Shown here: positions 47,701 through 57,482 of the stretch, piece after piece
Numbering within the stretch: position 1 is the first letter of the stretch
Layout: every line of letters begins with the position of its first letter
Assembly: GCA_016281775.1 (NCBI GenBank)
Contig: JAEEJH010000079.1
Coordinates: 1,636 to 65,635, forward strand
From: Clostridiales bacterium
GTDB taxonomy: Bacteria; Bacillota; Clostridia; Oscillospirales; CAG-272
Length of the DNA stretch: 64,000 nucleotides
Direction: 5' to 3'
Program-made: the position numbers and the translations under genes
The notes under the pieces: model-generated
Told to the model about the DNA's origin: nothing
Database searches by the model: none
What the model saw: only the letters and a program-made list of their open reading frames with translations

Positions 47701-47842
47701 TCGTGCTTTCCGTCTCGGACGCAGCCGCGGTGACTGCGGATGTGCCTGCCGTTACCGGCGGATCGGCGCCGCCGTCACAGCCTGTCAAAAGCGCCGCGGC
47801 GGTGAATATGACGATCACGAGGCTCAGTATTTTTTTCAACAT
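44798..47842 (-). CDS. Large surface lipoprotein with a glycoside-hydrolase-like TIM-barrel core and a C-terminal copper-amine-oxidase-N-like domain
   Basis: I trimmed the start to MLKKILSLVIVIFTAAALLTGC (lipobox). A Thr/Glu/Ala-rich linker follows. The central segment, GIFYFLWHE...YWGEPYFGYYASDDEWVIRKHGTMLAEAGVDFVYFDATNG, resembles uncharacterised GH-like families. The C-terminal MIVLKANSYNAFVKGKQIML...FYLPASFV resembles the stalk domain common in Clostridia surface proteins. Confidence 0.6.
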   Translation of the reverse strand: MLKKILSLVIVIFTAAALLTGCDGGADPPVTAGTSAVTAAASETESTTEEETEAPYVEEPIEYKDSTEIVLADYNIDNVLETGKYEYKGDGEMGPFSYYLHAYSDGTKAVLPKEEVSGIYPVFAMSETTETQYDFDVRSCHTDSPYEWFTLYIGLRLGSEQAIPTDHTGVWIAMRNDQLGIRRGEWPTTAYMKVDFDFTAGEHIKIVDDPNENVIKIYGGAEGKELAYIKIDGRKIDMYKPGADRPSVTDTVKSDITKGGYAHFWNHISSDDATLDNIRITTIREIGNTENNGIKPNTRDLFADTWTATDAEGRTVTTAAGAPNGAKVGIFYFLWHETSNNKLPIYDHTAAYEKGGIDEMWKVMQQGSLGSVHYWGEPYFGYYASDDEWVIRKHGTMLAEAGVDFVYFDATNGPLYSQNYTAVLRVWSQMRQEGTKTPDVCFIIKGTNAAELNNIWRALYEPGLYEDMWFYWNGKPVIMLTEKPAVSILNKEQRDFFTVRYSWANDKDTWYTDLEGCDCWPWATMYPQKGGFVRQEDGTRKLEQMTVACGFWANGSYGTNAGRSYTFKKGEPKYLVEEGKWDMGFGLYHKTTGKGLAYQEQFDHALQNAPELIMITGWNEWWAGRWEGDAKGQTIALEYKVSGDPKVKEFNYYVDNLDPEYSRDIEPMKGGFGDNYYYQTVDNVRKYKGARTVQTAFGQKTVNINGSLTQWYDVGPEYRDAYGDTAHRDHLSHVGELTYTNDTGRNDIITAKVSGDGEYLYFYAECAEDITERKGSSWMNLFIDGNGDAADGWEGYNYVLNREIMYGDMNDGTGRVSVERFKDGWNFEQVGEAEITQNGKVLVIKVQKSLVGCEGDAFDFKWADNSVNDGDIMGFIDKGDAAPDGRFRYHYTLSDAQTATPDCLTDDMIVLKANSYNAFVKGKQIMLIQNSTKATLLASGYEFYLPASFVEHRLGINCEGQKTYDHYGIKYVKADSLIEAAGKKVTVTSDGLLIIANEKILDRKTLDALYNALS

Positions 47843-47907
47843 AAACAATACCTCCGGTCTTGTTGAGTACAATATACCACATAATAACAAAAAAATCAAT
47901 AGAAAAT

Positions 47908-47938
47908 CAAAAACTGCGGCATAAAACCGCAGTTTTTA
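47908..47938 (-). terminator. Rho-independent terminator after the lipid kinase gene
   Basis: Stem CTGCGG (47914-47919) with CCGCAG (47927-47932), flanked by an A-run and a T-run. Confidence 0.7.
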
Positions 47939-47948
47939 CAGTATTTGT

Positions 47949-48806
47949 TTATTTTGCCTCTTTTGTTCTCACGGTGTATTCCGTAACGTTGAGCACCGTC
48001 TCGCCGTCTATCTGAAGCGCGGTCGGCGCGTCGAATTCGACTTTGACCTCTCTGCCGGTCCTGACTTCGCACATCTCGGTATGCTTTACGTGTTCGCCTT
48101 TGAATATCGACGGGAAGACCATAAGCGTTTTGAGCTTGCCGGAGCCGTACATGACGAGCGTCGATACTGTACCGTTGTTTTTGCGGTCCTGATCGGGCGT
48201 CGGCATCATACCGCCGCCGTAAAATCTTCCGTTCATCGTCGGGGCAAGCCAGACTTTTTTATATTCCTTCGTTACTCCGTCTACGGTGACCTTCGCGTTC
48301 GTTCTCTTATAATGGAACAAAAGACCCTTTATGGCTATTCCGGCGTAATTGATCGGTTTATCAGACTTCTCGCGCAGCTGATCGCCGACTTCACAGCAGT
48401 ATCCGTCAATGCCGTAACCGATGCCGTTGATGAATTTGCACGTCTTGCCGTTTACCGTGACCTCGGGCAGACCTGAGAGATATTCGTTTATCTTTACGAG
48501 CGTACCGGGTTCTTTGCCGAGATCGTGCAGAAAGTCGTTGCCGGTACCCGTCGCGTAAAACAGTATATCGTTTTCAGGCAGTATATCAGATACGTCGTTT
48601 GCAAAATGATTGAGCGTTCCGTCACCGCCGCAGATGACGACGGCGTCTTCGCTCCCGAGTCCGGAAAAGAACTCATTGAAATCTTTTACGGTAGTAACGT
48701 CGATGAACTCCTTTTCTTCCGTAAGAAGTCCTTTGAGTTCTTCGACCACCTTGCCGCCCGTGCCGTTACCGGACTTCGGATTATAGAGAACGAAGTATTT
48801 TTTCAT
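47949..48806 (-). CDS. Diacylglycerol/lipid kinase (YegS/BmrU family)
   Basis: I trimmed the start to MKKYFVLYNPKSGNG. It carries the catalytic-domain motif ICGGDGTLNHF. Confidence 0.8.
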   Translation of the reverse strand: MKKYFVLYNPKSGNGTGGKVVEELKGLLTEEKEFIDVTTVKDFNEFFSGLGSEDAVVICGGDGTLNHFANDVSDILPENDILFYATGTGNDFLHDLGKEPGTLVKINEYLSGLPEVTVNGKTCKFINGIGYGIDGYCCEVGDQLREKSDKPINYAGIAIKGLLFHYKRTNAKVTVDGVTKEYKKVWLAPTMNGRFYGGGMMPTPDQDRKNNGTVSTLVMYGSGKLKTLMVFPSIFKGEHVKHTEMCEVRTGREVKVEFDAPTALQIDGETVLNVTEYTVRTKEAK

Positions 48807-48920
48807 GTTTTTTATCCTCCACAATGCAAAAATATATACTTTTTTCGACAAATCCGGTTTTATTTTAAAGGACTGAAGACGATTATTCTATACAAAATCT
48901 TAAACAATCTATGAATTTAT

Positions 48921-49484
48921 TCAATCGTATAACGATTTTATGATATTTACCGTCTTTTCGGCGCAGAGTATCTCGCCCTCTTCGGTAAGATGCAGCATAT
49001 CGTCGCTTCGGATATACCTCGGAATGTCCGCCATCACCGCGGAATGCAGATCGTTTATGATGACGCCCTGCTTTTCAAGTTCGGGCACGATCGCCTCGTT
49101 ATATCTTTTTATGACCGCGTTATCATCATAGACGTTGCCGGGATATACGGGCGTTGTCGTTGCGAATATGACTTTACCGCACGTTTCGGTAAGCTGTCTC
49201 GCTATGCGCTTCATCGTATCGGTATATTCCTTGATATAAGTAAACGGACCGTCTCCGAAGAGGTCGCAGATATCCCACAGGCCGTTGTTCCAGTGTACTA
49301 TATCCGATCCCTTGATTTCGTTCTGCAGATCGAACAGCATTCTCAGAGTATACGCCGCGAACCGGCAGTTGTCTTCGGGCTGATATACCGTATATCCGTC
49401 TCCGAGCATCGCTCCGACGTGCTTGCCGTAACCGATAAGTCTGATCGAATCGCCGAGAAGCGTGACTTTTTTCTTGTTTTCCAT
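48921..49484 (-). CDS. SGNH/GDSL-family hydrolase
   Basis: 187 aa with block I VTLLGDSI, a GLWD-type block III, and a C-terminal D..H (DMLHLT). Confidence 0.75.
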   Translation of the reverse strand: MENKKKVTLLGDSIRLIGYGKHVGAMLGDGYTVYQPEDNCRFAAYTLRMLFDLQNEIKGSDIVHWNNGLWDICDLFGDGPFTYIKEYTDTMKRIARQLTETCGKVIFATTTPVYPGNVYDDNAVIKRYNEAIVPELEKQGVIINDLHSAVMADIPRYIRSDDMLHLTEEGEILCAEKTVNIIKSLYD

Positions 49485-49576
49485 ATTAACCTCCGTTTGT
49501 TATCTTACAGGTATGATACCATTTTTACGCCGCGTTGTCAATACGGTTATTCAAAAAATCGAAACAATGCGCGGCA

Positions 49577-49608
49577 AAACAGGCCGCCTTAAATCGGACG
49601 GCCTGTTT
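49577..49608 (-). terminator. Rho-independent terminator after cysK
   Basis: Stem ACAGGCCG (49579-49586) with CGGCCTGT (49599-49606). The U-tract on the minus strand is short (GTTTTG). Confidence 0.55.
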
Positions 49609-49654
49609 GTAATTCATTATATTTGAATAAACCTTGATTTGCGCCGGTCAAGCG

Positions 49655-50593
49655 TTACGCTTCGTCGGTGAAAAGCGGGGTCGAATAGTATCTGTCGCCG
49701 CTGTCGGGAAGCAGAGCGACGACGGTTTTGCCGGCGTTCTCAGGTCTTCTCGCAAGTTCCAGTGCCGAGAAAAGCGCCGCGCCGGAAGAAATGCCGACCG
49801 AGATACCTTCTTTTTTGGCGAGCAGTTTCGCGGCGGCAAACGCGTCTTCGTTCTTTACTCTGACGATCTCATCGTAGATCTTCGTATTGAGGACCGCGGG
49901 TACGAAGCCGGCTCCTATGCCCTGGATCTTATGCGGTCCGGCTTTGCCTTCGGAAAGGACCGGAGACGTGTCGGGTTCGACAGCGACGATCTTTATATCT
50001 GGATTCTGTTCTTTCAGATATTCGCCTGCGCCCGTGAGCGTGCCGCCGGTGCCGACGCCCGCCGTGAAGATATCGACTTTGCCGTCGGTATCCGCCCAAA
50101 TTTCGGGGCCGGTAGTCGCTTTGTGTATCGCGGGGTTGGCGGGGTTGACGAACTGCCCGGGAATGAACGAGCCTTCGATGGCTGCCGCGAGTTCTTCCGC
50201 TTTAGCTATCGCGCCTTTCATGCCCTTCGCGCCTTCGGTGAGCACTATTTCCGCGCCGTACGCTTTCAGAATGTTTCTGCGTTCGACGCTCATCGTCTCG
50301 GGCATGGTGAGTATGCAGCGGTAACCCTTTGCGGCGGCGATCGACGCGAGGCCTATGCCGGTATTGCCGGAAGTCGGCTCGATTATGACGGAGCCTTCTT
50401 TGAGAAGTCCCTTTTCTTCGGCGTCTTCTATCATCGCCTTCGCTATTCTGTCTTTTACGGAGCCGGCGGGATTGAAGTATTCAAGCTTTACGAGTACGGT
50501 CGCTTCCAGACCGAGTTCCTTCTCGATATTTGTTATTTCTACGAGCGGCGTATTGCCGATAAGACCGAGTGTGCCTTTATATATCTTTGACAT
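49655..50593 (-). CDS. cysK: Cysteine synthase A (O-acetylserine sulfhydrylase)
   Basis: I trimmed the start to [19 protein letters not shown] (ATG 50591-50593, after AAGGAGAAAAG). It has the PLP lysine motif NPAGSVKDR and GTGGT. Confidence 0.95.
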   Translation of the reverse strand: MSKIYKGTLGLIGNTPLVEITNIEKELGLEATVLVKLEYFNPAGSVKDRIAKAMIEDAEEKGLLKEGSVIIEPTSGNTGIGLASIAAAKGYRCILTMPETMSVERRNILKAYGAEIVLTEGAKGMKGAIAKAEELAAAIEGSFIPGQFVNPANPAIHKATTGPEIWADTDGKVDIFTAGVGTGGTLTGAGEYLKEQNPDIKIVAVEPDTSPVLSEGKAGPHKIQGIGAGFVPAVLNTKIYDEIVRVKNEDAFAAAKLLAKKEGISVGISSGAALFSALELARRPENAGKTVVALLPDSGDRYYSTPLFTDEA

Positions 50594-50606
50594 TTTCTTT
50601 TCTCCT

Positions 50607-51887
50607 TTACTGATGCAGTGCGGTGAAACCCGCTTCAAGATCGTTTATTATATCGGTTATGTGTTCCGTGCCTATCGAAAGGCGTATTGTGTTCTGGTGT
50701 ATGTTCTGCTCGCCGAGCTCTTCTTCGGACAGCTGCGAATGAGTCGTCGAAGCAGGATGTATGACAAGCGATTTGACGTCGGCAACGTTTGCAAGAAGCG
50801 AAAATATTTTCAGCGCGTCAATGAATTTCCACGCCTCTTCTCTTCCGCCTTTTACGTCGAAAGTGAAGATCGAACCGCCGCCGTTCGGAAAATACTTTTT
50901 ATAGATCTCGTGCTGAGGATGTTCGGGAAGCGACGGATGATTCACTTTTTCGACGAGAGGATGTTTAGACAGATACTCTATAACCTTTTTCGTATTTTCG
51001 GTGTGTCTGTCTATACGGAGCGACAGAGTCTCTATGCCCTGAAGCAGAAGAAACGCGTTGAACGGCGATATCGCCGCGCCCGTGTCGCGCAGGATGACCG
51101 CACGAACGTAAGTCACGAACGCCGCGGCTCCCGCCGCCTGAGTGAAAGCGACGCCGTGATAACTCGGATTCGGAGCGGCTATCTCGGGATATTTTTCCGG
51201 GCTCCATTCAAATCTGCCCGAATCCACGATAATGCCTCCGAGCGTCGTACCGTGACCGCCCAAGAATTTTGTTGCCGAATGCACGACGATATCGGCGCCG
51301 TGTTCGATCGGGCGGATAAGATACGGCGTGCCGAACGTGTTGTCAATCACGAGCGGAATACCGTGAGAATGAGCGATATCGGCCACCGCTTCGATATCCG
51401 GCACGTCCGAATTCGGATTGCCGAGCGTCTCGATGAACAGCGCTTTCGTTTCCGGTCTGATCGCCGCTTCGACCTGTTCCGGGTCGTTTATGTCAACAAA
51501 AGTCGTTTCTATACCGAAATTCGGCAGCGTATGAGCCATAAGGTTATAACTGCCGCCGTAGATCGTCTTCTGAGATACTATGTGGCCGCCTTTTCCCGCA
51601 AGGGCTTCGAGCGTGTAAGTAATTGCGGCCGCGCCGGAAGCCAGTGCAAGCGCTGCGACGCCGCCTTCAAGGGCCGCGATACGCTTCTCAAGCACGTCCT
51701 GCGTGGAATTAGTAAGTCTGCCGTATATGTTGCCCGCGTCGGTAAGGCCGAATCTCGCCGCCGCGTGTTCGCTGTTGTGAAATACGTATGAAGTAGTCTG
51801 ATATATCGGTACGGCTCTCGAATCGGTCGCGGGATCTGCCTGTTCCTGCCCGACGTGGAGCTGTAAAGTTTCAAATTTGTAGCTCAT
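50607..51887 (-). CDS. metY: O-acetylhomoserine/O-acetylserine sulfhydrylase (PLP)
   Basis: 426 aa with the Cys/Met-metabolism PLP motif [12 protein letters not shown]. Confidence 0.9.
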   Translation of the reverse strand: MSYKFETLQLHVGQEQADPATDSRAVPIYQTTSYVFHNSEHAAARFGLTDAGNIYGRLTNSTQDVLEKRIAALEGGVAALALASGAAAITYTLEALAGKGGHIVSQKTIYGGSYNLMAHTLPNFGIETTFVDINDPEQVEAAIRPETKALFIETLGNPNSDVPDIEAVADIAHSHGIPLVIDNTFGTPYLIRPIEHGADIVVHSATKFLGGHGTTLGGIIVDSGRFEWSPEKYPEIAAPNPSYHGVAFTQAAGAAAFVTYVRAVILRDTGAAISPFNAFLLLQGIETLSLRIDRHTENTKKVIEYLSKHPLVEKVNHPSLPEHPQHEIYKKYFPNGGGSIFTFDVKGGREEAWKFIDALKIFSLLANVADVKSLVIHPASTTHSQLSEEELGEQNIHQNTIRLSIGTEHITDIINDLEAGFTALHQ

Positions 51888-52282
51888 GCTATACCTCCTT
51901 TTTTCTTTTCCGGATGTTTATTGTAGTAATCTTCAAGCGCGCCGCGTATTGCTTCTTCAGCAAGCACCGAACAGTGCATTTTATAGTCCGGCAGACCGTC
52001 GAGAGCCTCGGCGACGGCTTTATTCGTCAGCCGCATCGCCTCGGATACGGGTTTGCCTTTTATGAGTTCGGTCGCCATCGAGCTCGACGCTATCGCGCTG
52101 CCGCATCCGAACGTTTCGAATTTGACGTCCGTAATAATATCGTCCTCTATTTTCAGATACACTTTCATTATATCTCCGCAGCGGGCGTTGCCTACTTCGC
52201 CTACGCCGTCCGCGTCTTCGATTATACCGACGTTGCGGGGATTTCTGAAATGATCCATCACTTTTTCACTGTATAATGCCAT
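51884..52282 (-). CDS. nifU: Fe-S cluster assembly scaffold (NifU N-terminal/IscU type)
   Basis: 132 aa with the three cluster cysteines in NARCGD, FGCGSAIA and MHCSVLA. Confidence 0.9.
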   Translation of the reverse strand: MALYSEKVMDHFRNPRNVGIIEDADGVGEVGNARCGDIMKVYLKIEDDIITDVKFETFGCGSAIASSSMATELIKGKPVSEAMRLTNKAVAEALDGLPDYKMHCSVLAEEAIRGALEDYYNKHPEKKKGGIA

Positions 52283-52294
52283 AGTATTTTCTCC

Positions 52295-53482
52295 TTAAAG
52301 TAAGAATTTCGATTTACCGGCGCAGAGATCGCGCCATACCGGTGAAAAGCCGCGCAGATATGAAACGACTTCTTTAACAGATTCAATTATATAATCGACC
52401 TGTTCTTCAGTCGCATCGTTGCCGAGCGTGAGCCTGAGCGAGCCGTGAGCGACGTCGTGCGGTCTGCCGATCGCCAGTAGAACGTGGCTCGGATCTAGAG
52501 AACCCGACGTGCACGCCGAGCCGGACGAAGCAGAAATGCCTTTGTCGTCGAGCAAAAGCAGAAGCGATTCCCCTTCTATCCCTTCAAAGCAGAAATTTGC
52601 GTTTGACGGCAGTCTTTGTACCGGGTCGCCGTTTAGCGCGGAATGAGGTATCTCATTCAGTCCTCTCATAAGTCTGTCTCTCAGCGAGGTGAGCTTTTCG
52701 GCGTGTAGACTCATATTGGAAACCGATTCTTCGAGCGCCGCCGCGCAGGCGACTATGCCCGGCACGTTTTCGGTACCGGCTCGTTTGCCGCGCTCCTGCG
52801 CGCCGCCTTCAATAAGATTATGAAGCCTTATACCTTTTTTTACGTAAAGGAATCCGACGCCCTTCGGTCCGTGGAACTTATGCGCGGACGCCGACATCAT
52901 ATCAATATTGTCGTCGACGACGCTTACCGGTATATGCCCGACCGCCTGTACGGCGTCGGTATGGAACACGACTTTTTTGTTTATGCATATCCCGCCTATC
53001 CGGCGTATCGGCTGTATAGTGCCGATCTCATTGTTGGCGTACATCACCGTAACGAGAAAAGTTCTGTCGTCAATCGCTTTTTCTACTTCGTCCGCGTCGA
53101 CGATACCACCCGCTCCGACCGGCAGATATACGACTTCAAACCCTTCTTTTTCAAGTTTTCGAAGCGTATGAAGCACGGCGTGATGCTCTATCGCGTCTGT
53201 TATTATCTTTATTTTGCCTTCTTTTTTTCCGTTTGCGGCGGCGGTCAGTATCGCCTGATTATCCGATTCCGACCCGCCGGATGTAAAATATATTTCTTTC
53301 GGCGAAGCGCCGATACATCGCGCGACTGTTTCGCGCGCGTTCTCTATCGCTTCTTTCGCCCTTTGCCCTTCCGAATACAAACTCGACGGGTTGCCGTATA
53401 TATCCGTGATATAAGGCATCATCGCTTCGACGGCTTTTTTGCTCATTTTCGTCGTAGCGGCGTTGTCTGCGTAAATTCTCAT
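52295..53482 (-). CDS. nifS: Cysteine desulfurase NifS
   Basis: 395 aa with the PLP lysine in SAHKFHGPKGVG and the catalytic loop SSGSACTSG. Confidence 0.9.
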   Translation of the reverse strand: MRIYADNAATTKMSKKAVEAMMPYITDIYGNPSSLYSEGQRAKEAIENARETVARCIGASPKEIYFTSGGSESDNQAILTAAANGKKEGKIKIITDAIEHHAVLHTLRKLEKEGFEVVYLPVGAGGIVDADEVEKAIDDRTFLVTVMYANNEIGTIQPIRRIGGICINKKVVFHTDAVQAVGHIPVSVVDDNIDMMSASAHKFHGPKGVGFLYVKKGIRLHNLIEGGAQERGKRAGTENVPGIVACAAALEESVSNMSLHAEKLTSLRDRLMRGLNEIPHSALNGDPVQRLPSNANFCFEGIEGESLLLLLDDKGISASSGSACTSGSLDPSHVLLAIGRPHDVAHGSLRLTLGNDATEEQVDYIIESVKEVVSYLRGFSPVWRDLCAGKSKFLL

Positions 53483-53520
53483 CTTTCAGTTCTCCTTTCG
53501 GCTCTATTATACTCGCATTC

Positions 53521-53539
53521 ACCTATTATGTCAATAGGT
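53521..53539. promoter_or_regulatory. Perfect palindrome ACCTATT-atgtc-AATAGGT in the nifS/rrf2 divergent region (candidate Rrf2 operator)
   Basis: Read directly: 7-bp arms at 53521-53527 and 53533-53539. A third ACCTATT copy lies at 53588-53594. A second palindrome, TTTACC-ctgc-GGTAAA, lies at 53593-53608, next to the rrf2 RBS. Confidence 0.45.
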
Positions 53540-53636
53540 AATTAGCCTTTTATTTTTTACAATCTGTAAACTTTTTGCGCTTGATTTACCTATTTACCCT
53601 GCGGTAAAATATGTTTTGATGAAAGGAGTGACTGAT

Positions 53637-54026
53637 ATGATCTCAACGAAAGGTCGCTACGCTATGCGCGTTATGATCGATCTCGCCGAAAACGGCGGCG
53701 GTCCTCTGCCGCTTAAGGATATTGCCGAAAGGCAGGAAATATCTAAAAAATATCTTGAAATAATAGTAAAAGAACTCGTAGAACACGGTCTGGTAAAAGG
53801 CAGCAGCGGAAAAGGCGGCGGATACCGTCTCTGCAAACCCGCGGCCGAGTATTCCGTGGGCGAGATACTCGAAGCCTCCGAGGGACCTTATAATGCCGTA
53901 GCGTGCCTCGGTTCGGATCAGGTCTGCCCGCGCGCCGACAAATGCAGGACTTTGCCGCTCTGGAGCGAATTCGACAGGCTCGTACACGACTTTTTCTATT
54001 CGAAAAAGCTCACAGATTTATTATAA
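53637..54026 (+). CDS. Rrf2-family transcriptional regulator (IscR/CymR-like, with three-Cys cluster ligands)
   Basis: I trimmed the start to MISTKGRYAMRVMIDLA (ATG 53637, after AAAGGAG). It has a winged HTH and the Cys triad in ACLGSDQVCPRADKC. Confidence 0.85.
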   Translation: MISTKGRYAMRVMIDLAENGGGPLPLKDIAERQEISKKYLEIIVKELVEHGLVKGSSGKGGGYRLCKPAAEYSVGEILEASEGPYNAVACLGSDQVCPRADKCRTLPLWSEFDRLVHDFFYSKKLTDLL

Positions 54027-54030
54027 AGGT

Positions 54031-55227
54031 TCATACATGTTTTTCTCTGTACTCGTTCGGCGTCATCCGCGCGTATTTTTTGAACGTGCCGGAAAAGTGA
54101 CCGCACGACGAAAAGCCGAGATAAGCGCTTATTGCCGAGATCGGTTTATCTGAATAGCGGAGGAGGCGTTTCGCCTCTTCCGTTTTTTCTTTCAGTATGA
54201 ATTCCGTCAGCGTCACGCCGGTCTCCGCTTTGAATTTTGCCGACAGGTAAGGGCGGCTGAAAAAGAATTCCTCCGCCATTTTCTCTACGCTGATCTTCTC
54301 GGATAAATGATGCCTTACGTAATTCGCAACGTCGAGAGTGAGTTTCGTCTCATATCTGCCGCGCCGCAGCTTGCCGACCTGCTCGGTGAACTCGAAAAGC
54401 ATATTGTACTGCAGATTCATGATCTCGTCGTAACCCGAGAGCATTTCAGCGCGTCGGATATAAGCGTCAGAGAGCGTAAAAGCGTCGTCTTCACTCATGC
54501 CGCCGCGGATCGCGGCGCGTGAAACCAGAGTCGCGGTAACGATAAAAGTATTGCGGAGCTGGCGCAGCTGATCTGCGGCTATCGTGCCGCCGCTTATCGC
54601 CGGAGCCGATTCGGTCCACCTTTTCAACGCCGCCGCGTCGCCTCTTCTCACGATATCCATGATCGCCTCTTCGAGCGCGAGAGTGTTATGCGATCTGGTT
54701 CTCGCTTCTTCTCCGTCATATACGTATTCCGTTCTCTGCCGTTCGACGTCTTTTTTTATCTTTACCTGGTCTGTCTGCCTTATCGAAAGCTCGTGTATCT
54801 CGAGCGTCTGCCCTCCGTTCAGAAAGTGGTTGAGCAGACATACCGTCTGTAATAATTTTTCCACCGGCATACGGGCGACGGAGTTCATCCCTTCGACAAA
54901 GGCGTTCACCTCGTCCGGCGCGACGTCCGCCTTGAATGCAAGTTCTCTGAGCTTTTGGCCGTTTGCCATTATCTGTGCGGTCGGACCGATAACGATCTTT
55001 ACGTCGCCCGAGTTTATAACGCCGTAATAGTGGAACAGCGGCGTTGCGTAATACCCCACGTCTGAGGCTATACCGAATATTTCTTTTTTATATATTTCCA
55101 TCGGATCGCGCGGCAGATATACCGGAAAACTGCGGTAAAACTCTTCTCCGCCCTTATAGACTCTGACCGGTACGCCCGAAAGCTCCGCCGTTGATTTCGC
55201 TATATACCTGTAATCAATTCCGCTCAC
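54031..55227 (-). CDS. AraC-family transcriptional regulator with a long N-terminal sensor region
   Basis: 398 aa. The C-terminal double HTH (YLSAKFKAETGVTLTEFILKEKTEEAKRLLRYSDKPISAISAYLGFSSCGHFSGTFKKYARMTPNEYR) is typical of AraC. Confidence 0.8.
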   Translation of the reverse strand: MSGIDYRYIAKSTAELSGVPVRVYKGGEEFYRSFPVYLPRDPMEIYKKEIFGIASDVGYYATPLFHYYGVINSGDVKIVIGPTAQIMANGQKLRELAFKADVAPDEVNAFVEGMNSVARMPVEKLLQTVCLLNHFLNGGQTLEIHELSIRQTDQVKIKKDVERQRTEYVYDGEEARTRSHNTLALEEAIMDIVRRGDAAALKRWTESAPAISGGTIAADQLRQLRNTFIVTATLVSRAAIRGGMSEDDAFTLSDAYIRRAEMLSGYDEIMNLQYNMLFEFTEQVGKLRRGRYETKLTLDVANYVRHHLSEKISVEKMAEEFFFSRPYLSAKFKAETGVTLTEFILKEKTEEAKRLLRYSDKPISAISAYLGFSSCGHFSGTFKKYARMTPNEYREKHV

Positions 55228-55346
55228 TTTTTCGGCTCCTTTTTCAAATTACATTACCATTATAATATATTCATTACGAAAATGCAAGACTTTTTGCATT
55301 TTTTAAGATATAATGTTATTGTGGTCAAACAAGGAGGTATATTGCA

Positions 55347-57482
55347 TTGGATACAGAAAAGATTCTTGCAAAAATGACGGTCGAAGAAAAAGCGGCTCTC
55401 GTCTCAGGCACCGATTTCATGTATACGAACCCGATACCGCGGCTCGGCGTGCCGAGTCTCTGCACGTCCGACGGACCGCACGGCCTGCGCAAGCAGAAAG
55501 GTTCGGGAGATAACGGTATCAGCGCGTCCGAGCCGGCGACGGCGTTTCCGACCGCCGCCTGCACGGCGTCCGGCTGGAATCCCGATAATCTCCGCAGAAT
55601 GGGAGAGGCGATAGCTGAAGAATGCCGCTATTACGGCGTGCATACGCTGCTCGGTCCGGGCATGAACATAAAACGCAACCCTCTGTGCGGCAGGAATTTC
55701 GAATACTTTTCTGAAGATCCCCTGCTTGCCGGCACGCTCGGGGCGGCGATGGTCGAAGGCGTGCAGTCAAAAGGCGTCGGAGTCTCGCTAAAGCATTTCG
55801 CGCTCAACAACAGTGAGAATTACAGATTCATGGGCAATTCCGCGGCGAGCGAAAACGCGATACGCAGTATATACCTCAAACCGTTCGAGTACGCCGTAAA
55901 GCGCGCACGTCCGGCGACCGTCATGTGTGCGTACAACCGGATAAACGGCACGTACTGTTCAGAAAACAAACGGCTGCTTACCGGTATCTTACGGGACGAA
56001 TGGGGTTTCGACGGCGTTGTGATGAGCGACTGGGGCGCGGTGCGCGACAGAGTCGAAGCGCTGAAAGCCGGTCTCGATCTCGAAATGCCGGGCGACACGG
56101 CGATCTGCCGCAGAAGGATCCTCGACGCCGTCGCCGACGGGTCGCTCGACGTAAACGATCTCGACAAAGCATGCCGCAATATTTTGAAATGGATCGATAA
56201 GTATTACAGACCCGCAAGCGAAACTACGCCGGACTGGGAAGCGCATAACGATCTTTGCGCCGAAATCGCCGCCGACTGCGCGGTGCTGATGAAAAACGAC
56301 GGCGTACTTCCGCTCGATAAGCGCTCTAAACTGTATATCACGGGCGAGCTTTTCAAAAATATGCGCTATCAGGGCGCCGGCAGTTCCATGATAAACCCGA
56401 CGTTTCTGACTTCTCCCGCCGACGCTTTTGAGACGAGGGGCATTTTCTCCGTGCCGCTTGACGAATGCGACGCGGCCGTCGTCTTCGCGGGACTTACAGA
56501 TATGTACGAATCGGAAGGCTGTGACAGAGAAAACATGAAACTGCCCGAAGACCAGCTTTCGGAAATAGATATGCTGTGCGAGACCGGCAAAAAAGTCGTC
56601 GTCGTGCTGTTCGACGGTTCTCCCGTCGAGCTGCCATTTGCCGACAAAGTTTCGGCGATACTCAATATGTATCTGCCCGGGCAGAACGGTGGGACCGCGG
56701 TCGCTGATCTGCTGTTCGGCGACAAAAATCCGTCCGGAAAGCTCGCCGAAACGTGGCCGGTCCGGTATGAAGACGTGCCCGGTCACGACACGTTCGGCAA
56801 AAGCGTCGTCGAGGTCTACGCGGAAGGCGTTGAAGTCGGTTACAGATACTATAATAAACATAACGTACCCGTCCGTTATCCGTTCGGTTTCGGTCTGTCG
56901 TATACGACTTTTGAAAAGACCGACTGGATAAAAGACAAAAACTCCTATTCTCAGACAGTAACGAATACAGGCGGCCGTTTCGGCGCCGAGGTCGCACAGC
57001 TTTATATCGGCGGCGAGCTGTGCGGATTTGAAAAAGTTTATTTACAACCGGGCGAGTCGAAGACGGTGACCGTCACGGTCGACGACGGACAGAAGACGGT
57101 CTATTCCGACGAATTTACCGTGCCCGATCCGCCGCCGAAACTGCCGATAACGCTCGAATCGCGTTTTTCCGATCTGCGTCAGACGTTTTTCGGCAGGATA
57201 CTATATAAAGGTATGATGTCTTACGCCGACGGCGAGCTGAAAAAAGCAAACAAAATGCCGGACGGGGCCGATAAAAACAACGCGATAAAAGGCGCTCTGT
57301 TTCTGAAACGCATATTCGACAGCAATTCTCTGCGCTCCCTCTCGATGTCGGCGGGAAGATCTCTTCCGTACAACGTCGCGTCGGGCTTGGTTGAGATATC
57401 GAACGGACGGCTGATCCGCGGGCTTCGCCTTATACTCACGCCGATCAAAGTACCGAAACTTCCGAAGGAGGAAAAAGAATAA
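55347..57482 (+). CDS. Glycoside hydrolase family 3 beta-glucosidase
   Basis: 711 aa. The TTG start lies 9 nt after AAGGAGG. It has the N-terminal [19 protein letters not shown], and the nucleophile region GVVMSDWGA, plus a C-terminal Fn3-like region. Confidence 0.9.
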   Translation: MDTEKILAKMTVEEKAALVSGTDFMYTNPIPRLGVPSLCTSDGPHGLRKQKGSGDNGISASEPATAFPTAACTASGWNPDNLRRMGEAIAEECRYYGVHTLLGPGMNIKRNPLCGRNFEYFSEDPLLAGTLGAAMVEGVQSKGVGVSLKHFALNNSENYRFMGNSAASENAIRSIYLKPFEYAVKRARPATVMCAYNRINGTYCSENKRLLTGILRDEWGFDGVVMSDWGAVRDRVEALKAGLDLEMPGDTAICRRRILDAVADGSLDVNDLDKACRNILKWIDKYYRPASETTPDWEAHNDLCAEIAADCAVLMKNDGVLPLDKRSKLYITGELFKNMRYQGAGSSMINPTFLTSPADAFETRGIFSVPLDECDAAVVFAGLTDMYESEGCDRENMKLPEDQLSEIDMLCETGKKVVVVLFDGSPVELPFADKVSAILNMYLPGQNGGTAVADLLFGDKNPSGKLAETWPVRYEDVPGHDTFGKSVVEVYAEGVEVGYRYYNKHNVPVRYPFGFGLSYTTFEKTDWIKDKNSYSQTVTNTGGRFGAEVAQLYIGGELCGFEKVYLQPGESKTVTVTVDDGQKTVYSDEFTVPDPPPKLPITLESRFSDLRQTFFGRILYKGMMSYADGELKKANKMPDGADKNNAIKGALFLKRIFDSNSLRSLSMSAGRSLPYNVASGLVEISNGRLIRGLRLILTPIKVPKLPKEEKE

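Noticed and set aside
50594-51890. SAM (S-box) riboswitch or T-box upstream of metY or cysK
   Set aside because: metY overlaps nifU by 4 nt, and cysK follows metY after 13 nt. The only upstream noncoding region (53483-53636) is short and lacks S-box-like helices.
55279-55302. Palindrome plus T-run upstream of GH3, read as a terminator
   Set aside because: No plus-strand gene ends upstream of it, and on the minus strand it lies upstream of the AraC start. An operator or promoter-proximal element is more plausible, and I report it under the locus finding instead.
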